Origin: an uncultured Candidatus Saccharibacteria bacterium
GTDB lineage: Bacteria; Patescibacteriota; Minisyncoccia; UBA6257; WO2-44-18
Length of the DNA stretch: 63,894 nucleotides
Reading direction: 5' to 3'
NCBI GenBank assembly: GCA_964360605.1
Contig: CAYHXN010000001.1
Location: 15,494 to 79,387 of the forward strand
The notes under the pieces were generated by a model that saw only the letters and a list, made by a program, of their open reading frames with translations, did no database searches and was not told the DNA's origin. Position numbers and translations under genes: made by a program. Below are positions 34,917 to 43,775 of this stretch, one piece after another (the stretch's first letter is position 1; each line of letters starts with the position of its first letter).

Positions 34917-35909
34917 TTAGCGTTCGTCAATAACTTGAGTTCCTTCGTCAACGAATTGGAATGGATAAACAGTGCCACCCGCCGCTGTTATACCTCTTTT
35001 AAAATTCTCTTGTTTTTTAGACGGAACATAAAAATAAACAAATCCGCCGGCACCAGCGCCAATAATTTTTGCCCCCGTCGCTCCCAACTGGTATCCAGTA
35101 TCAATAAATCTATCCAACTTTTCGTTGGTACAGCTTATATAACACTTCTTTTTTGCCGCTAATAAATTATTAATATTCCCCACGAAATCATCCACTCGTC
35201 CTTCCACTAAAAATCCGCGTAGTTGGTCGCCCAACTTTACAAACGAAGCGATGTCGGCAAAAATCGCCTCCGAAGTCTCAAAACGCTTATTCACTACGTT
35301 TAAAACTTCGCTTGCGGATCTCTTCATACCGCTAAAAACTAGAACTAGTTCGTTTTCCAATCTTTTCCGGGTGTTTTCAGAAAAATCAAGTTTATTCACG
35401 ACCACGCTCCCGTCTTTTTCAAAAACCAAATGAAGAATTCCGCCAAAAGCCGCCATATACTGGTCGTATTTACCGATTGGTGCCTTAAGTTTGTTGATTT
35501 CTAGATCAGCCGCTTCCTCGGCTAGATCACGCGGTGAACGAACCGTACCCTTAAAAGCATGGAGCGCGTTTAGTAAGCCCACAGTGAAAGCTCCCGACGA
35601 ACCCAAGCCAGAACCCGGCGGTATATCGGAAGTGGAAACAATATTAATGCCACCGTTAAAACCGTGGTCTGATAACGCCTGTCGAATAATGGAATTTTTT
35701 ACTTCTGCCGAGGAAGCCACATTTTCAATGCCTTCTGGATAGTTCAAAGTAATCCGATCATCATCACGCTGGGAAACTTTTACCGTCACAAATTTGTTTA
35801 TAGTGGCGCCGCACGCGGTACCGCCGTAGCGTTTCACATACGGCACAAGATCACTACCACCAGTCAAAGTCATTCTGAAGGGGGTTTTTGTTGTAACGCT
35901 TTTTCTCAT
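34917..35909 (-). CDS. GHMP-family sugar(-phosphate) kinase, HddA-like
   Basis: TPFRMTLTGGSDLVPYVKRYGGTACGATINKF and the GHMP motif PPGSGLGSSGAF. 330 aa, as in D-glycero-D-manno-heptose-7-phosphate and fucose kinases. Confidence 0.75.
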   Translation of the reverse strand: MRKSVTTKTPFRMTLTGGSDLVPYVKRYGGTACGATINKFVTVKVSQRDDDRITLNYPEGIENVASSAEVKNSIIRQALSDHGFNGGINIVSTSDIPPGSGLGSSGAFTVGLLNALHAFKGTVRSPRDLAEEAADLEINKLKAPIGKYDQYMAAFGGILHLVFEKDGSVVVNKLDFSENTRKRLENELVLVFSGMKRSASEVLNVVNKRFETSEAIFADIASFVKLGDQLRGFLVEGRVDDFVGNINNLLAAKKKCYISCTNEKLDRFIDTGYQLGATGAKIIGAGAGGFVYFYVPSKKQENFKRGITAAGGTVYPFQFVDEGTQVIDER

Positions 35910-36006
35910 AATTAACTATCTTAATTTAATTTTTAAAATTAGGTCTGTCAATTTTGACTTTTTTAAAAATTAGTTGTAAAATCTTATCGGACTTTTGAAA
36001 GGAATA

Positions 36007-36957
36007 ATGATGATGCTGAGTCAGGGTGGCAAAAAACTGGCAGTTGCTTTGGCGCACGTAGGAGTTAGGGCGAAAAGACATTGGGTTAATAGAGATTTAA
36101 CCGTAGGTCAAAGTTTCAATAATCGCCCCGAAGAAGCCATGGATTTTTTCACTACTTTAGATATCGAATTAGATTCTTTCATAGTGAATGAGATTAGAGC
36201 AGAGTTTTCCATAGATCGATTTCTCACCGAAGAAGGCGCTACCCTTGCTGAAAGAAATGCTGTGGGTGGTAAAAGAGCGGTGATTGATTCATTAGATGGC
36301 TCTTCTAATTTTGCCACCTATCGTCCGGATTTCGGTATCAGTATAGCAATAGAAAACAACGGCTCTCCAATACTGGCTGGTGTAATTACGCCAGCACGCG
36401 GAGAATTATTGTTAGCAGAAAAAGATCGTGGGACTCATTTGATTTCCTGGTATGAAAAAGGAATGGGGGAAGTTTTGGATATGATTGAACAAGAAACGAG
36501 CGTAAAAAAAGTGAGTTTTCAATCATTCGCACTGAAAAATAAAAAGCGATTAGCTTCTCCTCTCCAAACCAGCAGAGTTTATGTCCATACCGGAAAACGA
36601 CGTAATTTTGAACTTTCTCCGGACGACAAGTGGAATACAATTTATTCAAAATTAGCCAACCCGGCATGCAGTTTCTGTTGTTCCGTTGCTCTAGTGGAAG
36701 TAGCTTTGGGGAAATTAGACGGCGCGGCTATCGCTTATCAAAATCACTGGGATTATGCCGCGGGAAGATTACTAGTAGAAGAAGCGGGTGGGTGTTTTGA
36801 GGCTTGGGATAGAAGTTGGAACAAACAACTTACGGATAAAGACTTAGCTGAAGCCCACGCTACCAAAGACGAAAATAAAAATGAATGGCTCTGTCATATT
36901 CTTGCCGCAGGGACACCCGAACTTTTAGCCGCTCTTCGTAGTCATTTCGTTTCTTAG
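36007..36957 (+). CDS. Inositol-monophosphatase-family sugar phosphatase
   Basis: VIDSLDGSSNF and WDYAAGRLLVEEAGG motifs. ATG at 36007 after AAAGGA (the track starts at a TTG at 35995). Confidence 0.8.
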   Translation: MMMLSQGGKKLAVALAHVGVRAKRHWVNRDLTVGQSFNNRPEEAMDFFTTLDIELDSFIVNEIRAEFSIDRFLTEEGATLAERNAVGGKRAVIDSLDGSSNFATYRPDFGISIAIENNGSPILAGVITPARGELLLAEKDRGTHLISWYEKGMGEVLDMIEQETSVKKVSFQSFALKNKKRLASPLQTSRVYVHTGKRRNFELSPDDKWNTIYSKLANPACSFCCSVALVEVALGKLDGAAIAYQNHWDYAAGRLLVEEAGGCFEAWDRSWNKQLTDKDLAEAHATKDENKNEWLCHILAAGTPELLAALRSHFVS

Positions 36958-36965
36958 AATTTACG

Positions 36966-36991
36966 CCGCGCTATACAGCGCGGATTTTTTT
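36966..36991 (+). terminator. Intrinsic terminator after the IMPase-like gene
   Basis: CCGCGCU-AUAC-AGCGCGG followed by AUUUUUUUAU. Confidence 0.8.
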
Positions 36992-37011
36992 ATCTAAAAT
37001 AAACTTGAATT

Positions 37012-37839
37012 ATGAAAACGACAGTTAAAAGAGCGGTTTTATTGGTAGCGGGTAAAGGAACGAGGATTATGCCGCTTACTCTCCATCAGCCGAAAGGCAT
37101 GGTGGGTATAGTAGACCGGCCAATGATCCACTACATTATTGACGAACTGGCTTCCAACGGCATAAAGAAAATTTTATTGGTAACCTCCCCCAAACAACCG
37201 CAATTTAAAAAATACGCCGATTACTTACAAAAAGACCCCGAGTGGAAAACTTTGGGAGTTAAAATAAGTTTCGCGGTTCAGAAAAAACCCATAGGCAGCG
37301 CCGACGCGCTTTTAAAAGCTCGGAGGTTTTTGGGGCCAGAGCCGTTCTTGCTTTATTTTTGCGATGACTTATTGGATGATCAGACATCGCCGACAAAGAA
37401 TTTTTTGAATCTTTTTCAAAAGTTTCAACACCCGATTTTAATTTTAGAAAAGATTCCCAAGAACCTGATTGAAAAATACGGCGTAGTTAAAGCCAAAAAA
37501 ATAACGGGTGGGTTATATCAAATTTCCGACATAGTGGAAAAACCAAAAATTAAAGAAGCGCCGTCTAATATCGGGGCCATGGGACGTTATTTACTGACAC
37601 CGGAAATTTTTAAATATATATACAAAGCGCAAACGCTCATGAAAGACAAAAAAGAAATCGCCGTAGCAGACGCCTTAAAACTTTATTTTGCCGACGGCGG
37701 TAAGGCCTACGGCTGGATTTTTAAGGGAGAACACTTTGATGCCGGTTCTAAGATAGGAATTTTAAAAGCCCAAGTACATTTTGGCTTAAAACATCCGGAA
37801 TTTCGCCAACAATTTCTCCGCTTCCTAAAAAACTTTTAA
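37012..37839 (+). CDS. Sugar-1-phosphate nucleotidyltransferase, GalU-like
   Basis: AVLLVAGKGTRIMPLTLHQPKGMVGIVDRPMIHYIIDEL resembles the GalU/UGPase N-terminus (AAGLGTRFLPATKxxPKEML). 275 aa. Confidence 0.8.
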   Translation: MKTTVKRAVLLVAGKGTRIMPLTLHQPKGMVGIVDRPMIHYIIDELASNGIKKILLVTSPKQPQFKKYADYLQKDPEWKTLGVKISFAVQKKPIGSADALLKARRFLGPEPFLLYFCDDLLDDQTSPTKNFLNLFQKFQHPILILEKIPKNLIEKYGVVKAKKITGGLYQISDIVEKPKIKEAPSNIGAMGRYLLTPEIFKYIYKAQTLMKDKKEIAVADALKLYFADGGKAYGWIFKGEHFDAGSKIGILKAQVHFGLKHPEFRQQFLRFLKNF

Positions 37840-37852
37840 ACAGTAAAATTAT

Positions 37853-38671
37853 TTACTTTTTCCTTGCGATAAAAGAAAAGCCGGCGGTGATTGTTTCCGC
37901 GGCCGGGTGATGAATTAAAAGATAGTCAATAATTTTAAACGGAGAAGTTAAAATAACCATTGTCATCCAAATAAGATCCTTTAAAAACTTATTACCGAAA
38001 GAAAAAGCCAGAGCTACCCATTCCTGAAAAACGGACAATAAAGCGCACGTCGGACCAACGTCCGGCTTCATTTCCAACATTTCAAAATCTTTAAAGAGTG
38101 CCCTTAAGCCATCGGCAGTCCAACGGTAATAATCTTTCGGGGAGGGGTGGTAAGGAGTAATAAAATTAGTGGAAAGGTACAAAACACCGCCGGGCTTTAA
38201 AACCCGGTGAATTTCCTTGGCAACCTGAACGGGATCTTTCATATGTTCCAATACCCAAGCAAAAATAACGCCGTCCACGGAATTGTCCGCAAATGGCAGA
38301 TCGTGAGCGTCGGCCAGCACGTCTACCATCTCCCACGGATAAATATCCACATTCACAATTTCCGGATGAAGGCGACGATTGCCGGAGCCGATTTCCAAAA
38401 CCAAAGCCCCCCGAGGAACATATTTAAAAAGATCTTTAGGCTGTTTTCCTAAAAAAATTGCAGGGGCGACAAAATAAAAGATGAATGAGTACAGCCAGGG
38501 AATTTTTTTAAGAGCGGTTTTGAGTGTATTGATAAATCCTGTGTGAAGATCGCCACGTATTTCTTTATAACCGGCATCTGCAATAAAAAGAGGCTTGCCG
38601 GCAATCAAACGCTCTGGCGGCTTTTTAAAACGAACCGCCGGAGGCAAGGTTTTTTTAAAATCTTGGTTCAT
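37853..38671 (-). CDS. Class I SAM-dependent methyltransferase flanked by hydrophobic segments, paralog 1
   Basis: LEIGSGNRRL...DAHDLPFADNSVDGVIFAWVLEHMKDP...LKPGGVLYL, with an N-terminal LYSFIFYFVAPAIFLG and a C-terminal hydrophobic tail. By eye about half its residues are identical to 54746..55549. Confidence 0.75.
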   Translation of the reverse strand: MNQDFKKTLPPAVRFKKPPERLIAGKPLFIADAGYKEIRGDLHTGFINTLKTALKKIPWLYSFIFYFVAPAIFLGKQPKDLFKYVPRGALVLEIGSGNRRLHPEIVNVDIYPWEMVDVLADAHDLPFADNSVDGVIFAWVLEHMKDPVQVAKEIHRVLKPGGVLYLSTNFITPYHPSPKDYYRWTADGLRALFKDFEMLEMKPDVGPTCALLSVFQEWVALAFSFGNKFLKDLIWMTMVILTSPFKIIDYLLIHHPAAETITAGFSFIARKK

Positions 38672-38679
38672 AAAATTAG

Positions 38680-40542
38680 CTATTTCTTAATTCTAAAAAT
38701 TTCCACATCGCCAGAATGGTATATCAATTCTAATGACGGATTCGATTTTAAATCAATGCCGGTAAAATCTTTCTCCCAAGGTCCATAATATACATACTCC
38801 GCCGCTAAATCTTTCCAAGCGATATCTAACGTCCGATAACGCTTTATCAACTCTCGTATTTTTTCATCAATAATTTCTCGGCGCTCCGGGTCGCCGGTAT
38901 CAAGAAAATACAGTTGGTAAACATAAACCCTGGTATCGCGAAGATTGCTTAAAGCGTACGGCTGGTCACAATTAGCACGGCAAACTAATCCCTTGCCGCT
39001 CCGAAAGCGTTTTTCCAATACCTCTTCGGAAACACCAAAAAGCTTGTTAGCGGTCAAATACCGCTCTTCCATTTCAAAATTAGAAATCGGGGTAATGCCT
39101 CCCCAGGGAAGAAATGGCCGGCTGGAAGTAAAGGCAGTTAGATAAATTGAAGTCAGCAGCGATGGTGATATCACGCGCGATTCCCCTAGTTCTTTCTCCA
39201 TCCACTGCCAAGATCGCAAAGCGTCCTCGGGAAGCATGTAAGAACTGGAGATTTCTTTCGGCGGATTGATAAACGCCAGAGCGTTAACTATTTTTTTAGA
39301 AACAGATAACAATATCAATACAACTAAACCCGCCGCGAAGAATTTTTTATACTTTGGCGCGCGCTCCAACCATCGCGTAATCCAAACGTAAAACAAATCA
39401 AAAATAGCGATAAAAATCAGCGGATTAATACCGCGCGGCCAGTGATCGGAGTGCGGTACAAAACCTAAAACTATTTGAATATTCCAAACCAATACCGCGG
39501 CTCCCAAAAAAGCCCAATGAATAACCGCTCGTTTTCTTGTTTCGGAATTTTTCCAAAAAGTCAGATAAATTAAAACCGCTAAAACAAGGTAAACAAGATA
39601 GTGCGGCCAAACCTCAAGCCGGAAAGCGGAACCGATTTCTAAGCCTAACCGATTAAGATAGTCTGTTCCCGTTGGCAACGCTTTAATCCGAAAATAATTA
39701 ACAAAATAAGGAACACTAACCAAAATTATTGTCCCCACTAAGACGAAATAATTCTTGAATCGTTCTGGTTCGCGACGATACCAAATTAACGTTGCTAAAA
39801 ATAATAATCCCAGTACACCTATCCAATACACCCAAATATGGAAATAGGTATAAAACAATAGGCCGGCAAAAATTCCTGCTACCAGCGCTATGTTGCGGGA
39901 TGGACGAAGCCAAAACTTTAAAAACAAAGCGATAGCCGGCAAATAAATAAGGTGAGTCAGTATGGGATGATCCACGCGGGAAAAAAACAACCGCGGCAAT
40001 GTTGTTTTTACAAACGGGAAAAAATTTTTAATAACTATTTTGGCAAAATCTCCTATCCCCCAAAAGGCCTCGGTAGCTACCAAGGAAATGGGGGTTAAAA
40101 TCCCCACGAACGCGAAAAATGCCGACCAAAACCGATTTCCCTTAAATAAAACACTTCCGATCCACCAAAAGAAAGTGAAAAGGATAGCGGGAAGAATAAA
40201 GCTGGCCAAAAGATAAGCATTGTTAAGATCCATTCCGGCCACTCGGATGAATAAAGAATAGATTATCGGCGGAAGTGGCGGATAAATATTGGGTAGACTG
40301 TAATCAAAAAAAAGGTCGCTAGGTGGAATATGGCCTTCCGCCGCTTCTCGGGCAAATTGGAAGTAGGAGTCGCCGCCATCATGAAGCTCGGTAAATTGGG
40401 AAAGGACGAAGGTGCGTCCATCGGTATTAACCGCTCGTTTAATCAAAAGTTGCGGAGCTACATAAAGAATACCGATTAAAAAGGAACAGCTAGTTACTAG
40501 AATGACGGTACGCCAATTAATGTTTCCAAAAAATCGGCTCAT
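38680..40542 (-). CDS. Large polytopic membrane protein, paralog family B (GT-C-like glycosyltransferase candidate)
   Basis: 620 aa with REAAEGHIPPSDLFFD, FFPFVKT, SRVDHPIL, FYTYFHIWVYW, VWNIQIVLGFVP and the C-terminal YVYYGPWEKDF...IFRIKK. Its start overlaps the GT2 stop by 4 nt. Confidence 0.55.
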   Translation of the reverse strand: MSRFFGNINWRTVILVTSCSFLIGILYVAPQLLIKRAVNTDGRTFVLSQFTELHDGGDSYFQFAREAAEGHIPPSDLFFDYSLPNIYPPLPPIIYSLFIRVAGMDLNNAYLLASFILPAILFTFFWWIGSVLFKGNRFWSAFFAFVGILTPISLVATEAFWGIGDFAKIVIKNFFPFVKTTLPRLFFSRVDHPILTHLIYLPAIALFLKFWLRPSRNIALVAGIFAGLLFYTYFHIWVYWIGVLGLLFLATLIWYRREPERFKNYFVLVGTIILVSVPYFVNYFRIKALPTGTDYLNRLGLEIGSAFRLEVWPHYLVYLVLAVLIYLTFWKNSETRKRAVIHWAFLGAAVLVWNIQIVLGFVPHSDHWPRGINPLIFIAIFDLFYVWITRWLERAPKYKKFFAAGLVVLILLSVSKKIVNALAFINPPKEISSSYMLPEDALRSWQWMEKELGESRVISPSLLTSIYLTAFTSSRPFLPWGGITPISNFEMEERYLTANKLFGVSEEVLEKRFRSGKGLVCRANCDQPYALSNLRDTRVYVYQLYFLDTGDPERREIIDEKIRELIKRYRTLDIAWKDLAAEYVYYGPWEKDFTGIDLKSNPSLELIYHSGDVEIFRIKK

Positions 40543-41459
40543 CTCTCAATAATTTCTCTGATAGTATAAGGACGCTCTTCTTTTGATTCGTAATAAATTC
40601 TCCATAATATTTCTGTCAAAATCCCAATTATAAAAAGGAATAGGCCGCCAACGGTAAACATAGCTACAACAATCAGCAAAGATGTTCCGGCACTAATTGG
40701 TAGACCGAAACCTATTGAAGCTAGAAGCCCGACTACTGCCAACGCGGCTATTCCCCAAAATAAAAATCCTAGAGCGCTAAAAAAAACCATAGGGCGCATA
40801 TTCGGATGCAAAAAACGAACTACAAAAAGATCCGCTATCGCTTTGACGCCAGACATCCAAAGATGCGTAGACACACCGGATTTTCTTTCATGATGAGTAA
40901 CCTCTACTTCCGCTACTTTGGCGCCACGATAGAAAACAGAAACTGCCAAAAAAACATGCTGTATGCCATACATGTTTATACCATCTAAGAATTTTTTCTT
41001 ATAGGCCTTTAGAGCGCAGGCGTGATCGTGAAGATTCAATCCGCTGACCGTACGTGTTAACCAATTAGCAAGACGGGAGTGAATTCTCCGGGCAAGATTA
41101 TCGTGACGATCCTTTCTCCATCCAGCCACTACATCGTAACCCTCATCCATTTTCGCTAAAAGCTTCGGAATGTCTCTGGGGTCATTTTGCAAATCTCCAT
41201 CCATAATAATCACAATGTCTCCCTTGGCGGTTTTAATACCCGCATCCAAAGTTAAAGTCTGTCCAAATTTCCTTGTCAAAGTAATAATTTTAATCGGCGA
41301 AAGAGTTTTTAGAATTGCCGGGGTTTCGTCGATTGAACCGCTATCCACAACAATAATTTCATAAGGCACGCCCAACTTCTCTAACGTTTCTTTATTTAAA
41401 CGGTGAAGCTCTCTAATGTTGCCAGCTTCATTGTAAACCGGAATAATAACGGAAATCAT
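40539..41459 (-). CDS. Polyprenyl-phosphate glycosyltransferase (GT2 with two C-terminal TM helices; GtrB/CsbB/ArnC/DPM1-like)
   Basis: ISVIIPVYNEAGNI, IIVVDSGSIDET, IIMDGDLQNDP and C-terminal helices (MVFFSALGFLFWGIAALAVVGLL... and LLIVVAMFTVGGLFLFIIGIL). Confidence 0.88.
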   Translation of the reverse strand: MISVIIPVYNEAGNIRELHRLNKETLEKLGVPYEIIVVDSGSIDETPAILKTLSPIKIITLTRKFGQTLTLDAGIKTAKGDIVIIMDGDLQNDPRDIPKLLAKMDEGYDVVAGWRKDRHDNLARRIHSRLANWLTRTVSGLNLHDHACALKAYKKKFLDGINMYGIQHVFLAVSVFYRGAKVAEVEVTHHERKSGVSTHLWMSGVKAIADLFVVRFLHPNMRPMVFFSALGFLFWGIAALAVVGLLASIGFGLPISAGTSLLIVVAMFTVGGLFLFIIGILTEILWRIYYESKEERPYTIREIIER

Positions 41460-41500
41460 GAAGTTTATTATGGCTCAAACATTTAGGACACGCAAGGTTG

Positions 41501-42418
41501 TTATAAAAACTTACGCACATCCGTTGCGTCAAAACGCGGAATTAAAAACGGGTGATCGTTAAGAGATACTCCTCTCCGCTCAATAGTAAACGCGTAACGA
41601 AAACCTTCTCCAGCTAAAATAGTTTTAGCTAATTCACCGTAACGTCCATGGGGATAGGAAAAGGTTTCTGGTTTTTTTCCTATCAGCCCCGTCAATACTT
41701 CTTGGGAAATCTGAAGTTCGTTTTTCATAACTGATTCGTTAATGATGTCAAAAGCGTAGTGGCTGTGCGAATGATTACCGATGGTCATGCCACGTTTCTG
41801 TAAATCTAAAATCTCCTTCGGGCTCATGAAAAGCTCTTGAGCAATCTTTGCTTCATCCAAATGAATCTGCTTGAAACAAAAACGCAAAAACTGGGCTTTG
41901 ATGTCTTCGGGAAGCGCAATCAATGTTTCTTTCATATTGGCAGTCATCGGTTCTTCGTGCGGACGTCGTTCCATTAATCGCCGGTCTTTCGGAATGCGGT
42001 ATCGTTCCGCTAAGTCAGGATAAAATTCGTCCATAAAGCCATGAATAGCATCAATCATGGCGGAAGCGGACATCCGAGACAATAAGATGTGGGTTTTATG
42101 AGCAACCGGCAACCTACCTTCATAGACAGAAGTAATCGGAAAAAAGGCGGCGGTAGCGCCGTATTTTTCCAATATAGGAAGTGCATTGATATATTGGTCT
42201 TTCAATCCATCGTCAAAAGTAATGGCGCAGAATGATCCGGGACGATTCGCTTTAGCGGCTTCACAAACTTCCGTCGCGGAAACGATTTTGTAACGGGAAG
42301 ATAGCAAGCTGATCTGCCAATCAAATTCTTTAATCTCGCAAGGATAAATACCGGAAAACTTTGGATTCGGGTCTTCAACGTAATGATAATTAACGATTAT
42401 GTACTTATCTTTTTCCAT
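41501..42418 (-). CDS. Polysaccharide deacetylase (NodB-homology domain)
   Basis: ITFDDGLKDQY and GNHSHSHY motifs. Start set at MEKDKY (42418). Confidence 0.8.
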   Translation of the reverse strand: MEKDKYIIVNYHYVEDPNPKFSGIYPCEIKEFDWQISLLSSRYKIVSATEVCEAAKANRPGSFCAITFDDGLKDQYINALPILEKYGATAAFFPITSVYEGRLPVAHKTHILLSRMSASAMIDAIHGFMDEFYPDLAERYRIPKDRRLMERRPHEEPMTANMKETLIALPEDIKAQFLRFCFKQIHLDEAKIAQELFMSPKEILDLQKRGMTIGNHSHSHYAFDIINESVMKNELQISQEVLTGLIGKKPETFSYPHGRYGELAKTILAGEGFRYAFTIERRGVSLNDHPFLIPRFDATDVRKFL

Positions 42419-43772
42419 TTTGATTCTTGGTATTTGATATGATTTTATCCAGAAAATCCACACTGCGCTTATAAGAAAGACCGTCAGTAAAACCTACGTA
42501 CGATTGTACAATCTGCCGACGCTCCTCCCGATCTGCTTCTGGATTCTCAAGATAAAAATTAATTAACCGCGGCAAATCCTCGTCAGTCTTGGCCAGACGA
42601 ACCGCCCCGCTGCGGTAAATCGGCTCATAATGATTGAATTCGTACGCTAGCGCGAAGCGGCCCAGAAAACCGATGTTGATTATCGGCTTATTAAACACGC
42701 AGGCCTCAATAGAAATAGTGGAAGCATAATTAATATTTAAATCGGTGTATTTCAGAGAATACTTAAGGTTTAAAAGATCTTTGTAATTCATTTCTACTCG
42801 CCCATCCGTTCCCGATCCTGATTTTTCAATATATAAATCCGGTACGGCAAAAAATTCTCGGTAATTTTCATAAATATCAAGCGGGTGAATCCGAACGAAT
42901 AAATTAACATAAGGAATTTTTTTATCCTCTCTTAATTTAATTAAGTCATGAATATATTTTTTTTGAAAAGGGTAGGCCTTAGTCACGGTTGTATGAAAAA
43001 TCGTCCGGTAAGCCGGATTAAGGCCTTTGGATTTTAAAAATTCTTCGCGCGTTGGTTCGTTTGGAATATTTCCAAAATAAGGATCGAAGCGCGGCGTTCC
43101 GGAAACAAAAACCCGATCCGCAGAATAACGATGAATATCTATGGCTTCTTGTTTCATAATTTCGTTCCAAGCCACTAAATAATTCGTCTTACGGATGTGT
43201 TTGCAATTCATTGTTAAGTTGTCCCAGCTGAAATTCACGGCCACGGTAGGTATACGCAATCGCCGGGCTTCGTTGATAATTTCCGCTTCCCATCCGTCAA
43301 ACCCCGGCGTGGCAGTCGCAATCAAAGCCGGCTTATGTTCTGCCGCTAACTGCCGGAAAGCTCTAGCTTTGGGCGCCAAAAGCCGTTCTAAATTTGTGAA
43401 AAAATCCGCGGTTAGTAATTTCGCGAATGGCTTCCCTAAAAAACGTAGCAACCGCCGTTTTCGGTTCTCCAAATAATTCGGCCGTTTGTACCAATGCCGA
43501 ATAGAAATCAAATAATCAAATTCATTCACCAAAGAAATTCTCAGAAATTTTAAAAATTCCCAAAATTTTGGGTTGGCAGACAGCAATTTCACATAACTTA
43601 AATCCGGCGATTGGAAATAACCGCGACTTACCGCCGTTTCGGAATCAATAGTCGGATTAATAACAACTACCCGATATTGGTCGACTAAGTATTGAATATA
43701 GTTAGTGCGTAAAAGATCGCTGGCGGCTATGGGATTGGGTATAACTAAAAATAAAGAGGTTTTCATAATCAA
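42405..43772 (-). CDS. TagB/TagF-like GT-B protein, paralog 2 of 4
   Basis: LFVRIHPLD, TDLNINYASTISIEACVFNKPIINI and NPEADREERRQIVQSYVGFTDGLSYKRSVDFL. In tandem with paralog 3. Confidence 0.5.
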   Translation of the reverse strand: MIMKTSLFLVIPNPIAASDLLRTNYIQYLVDQYRVVVINPTIDSETAVSRGYFQSPDLSYVKLLSANPKFWEFLKFLRISLVNEFDYLISIRHWYKRPNYLENRKRRLLRFLGKPFAKLLTADFFTNLERLLAPKARAFRQLAAEHKPALIATATPGFDGWEAEIINEARRLRIPTVAVNFSWDNLTMNCKHIRKTNYLVAWNEIMKQEAIDIHRYSADRVFVSGTPRFDPYFGNIPNEPTREEFLKSKGLNPAYRTIFHTTVTKAYPFQKKYIHDLIKLREDKKIPYVNLFVRIHPLDIYENYREFFAVPDLYIEKSGSGTDGRVEMNYKDLLNLKYSLKYTDLNINYASTISIEACVFNKPIINIGFLGRFALAYEFNHYEPIYRSGAVRLAKTDEDLPRLINFYLENPEADREERRQIVQSYVGFTDGLSYKRSVDFLDKIISNTKNQNGKR

Positions 43773-43775
43773 AAA

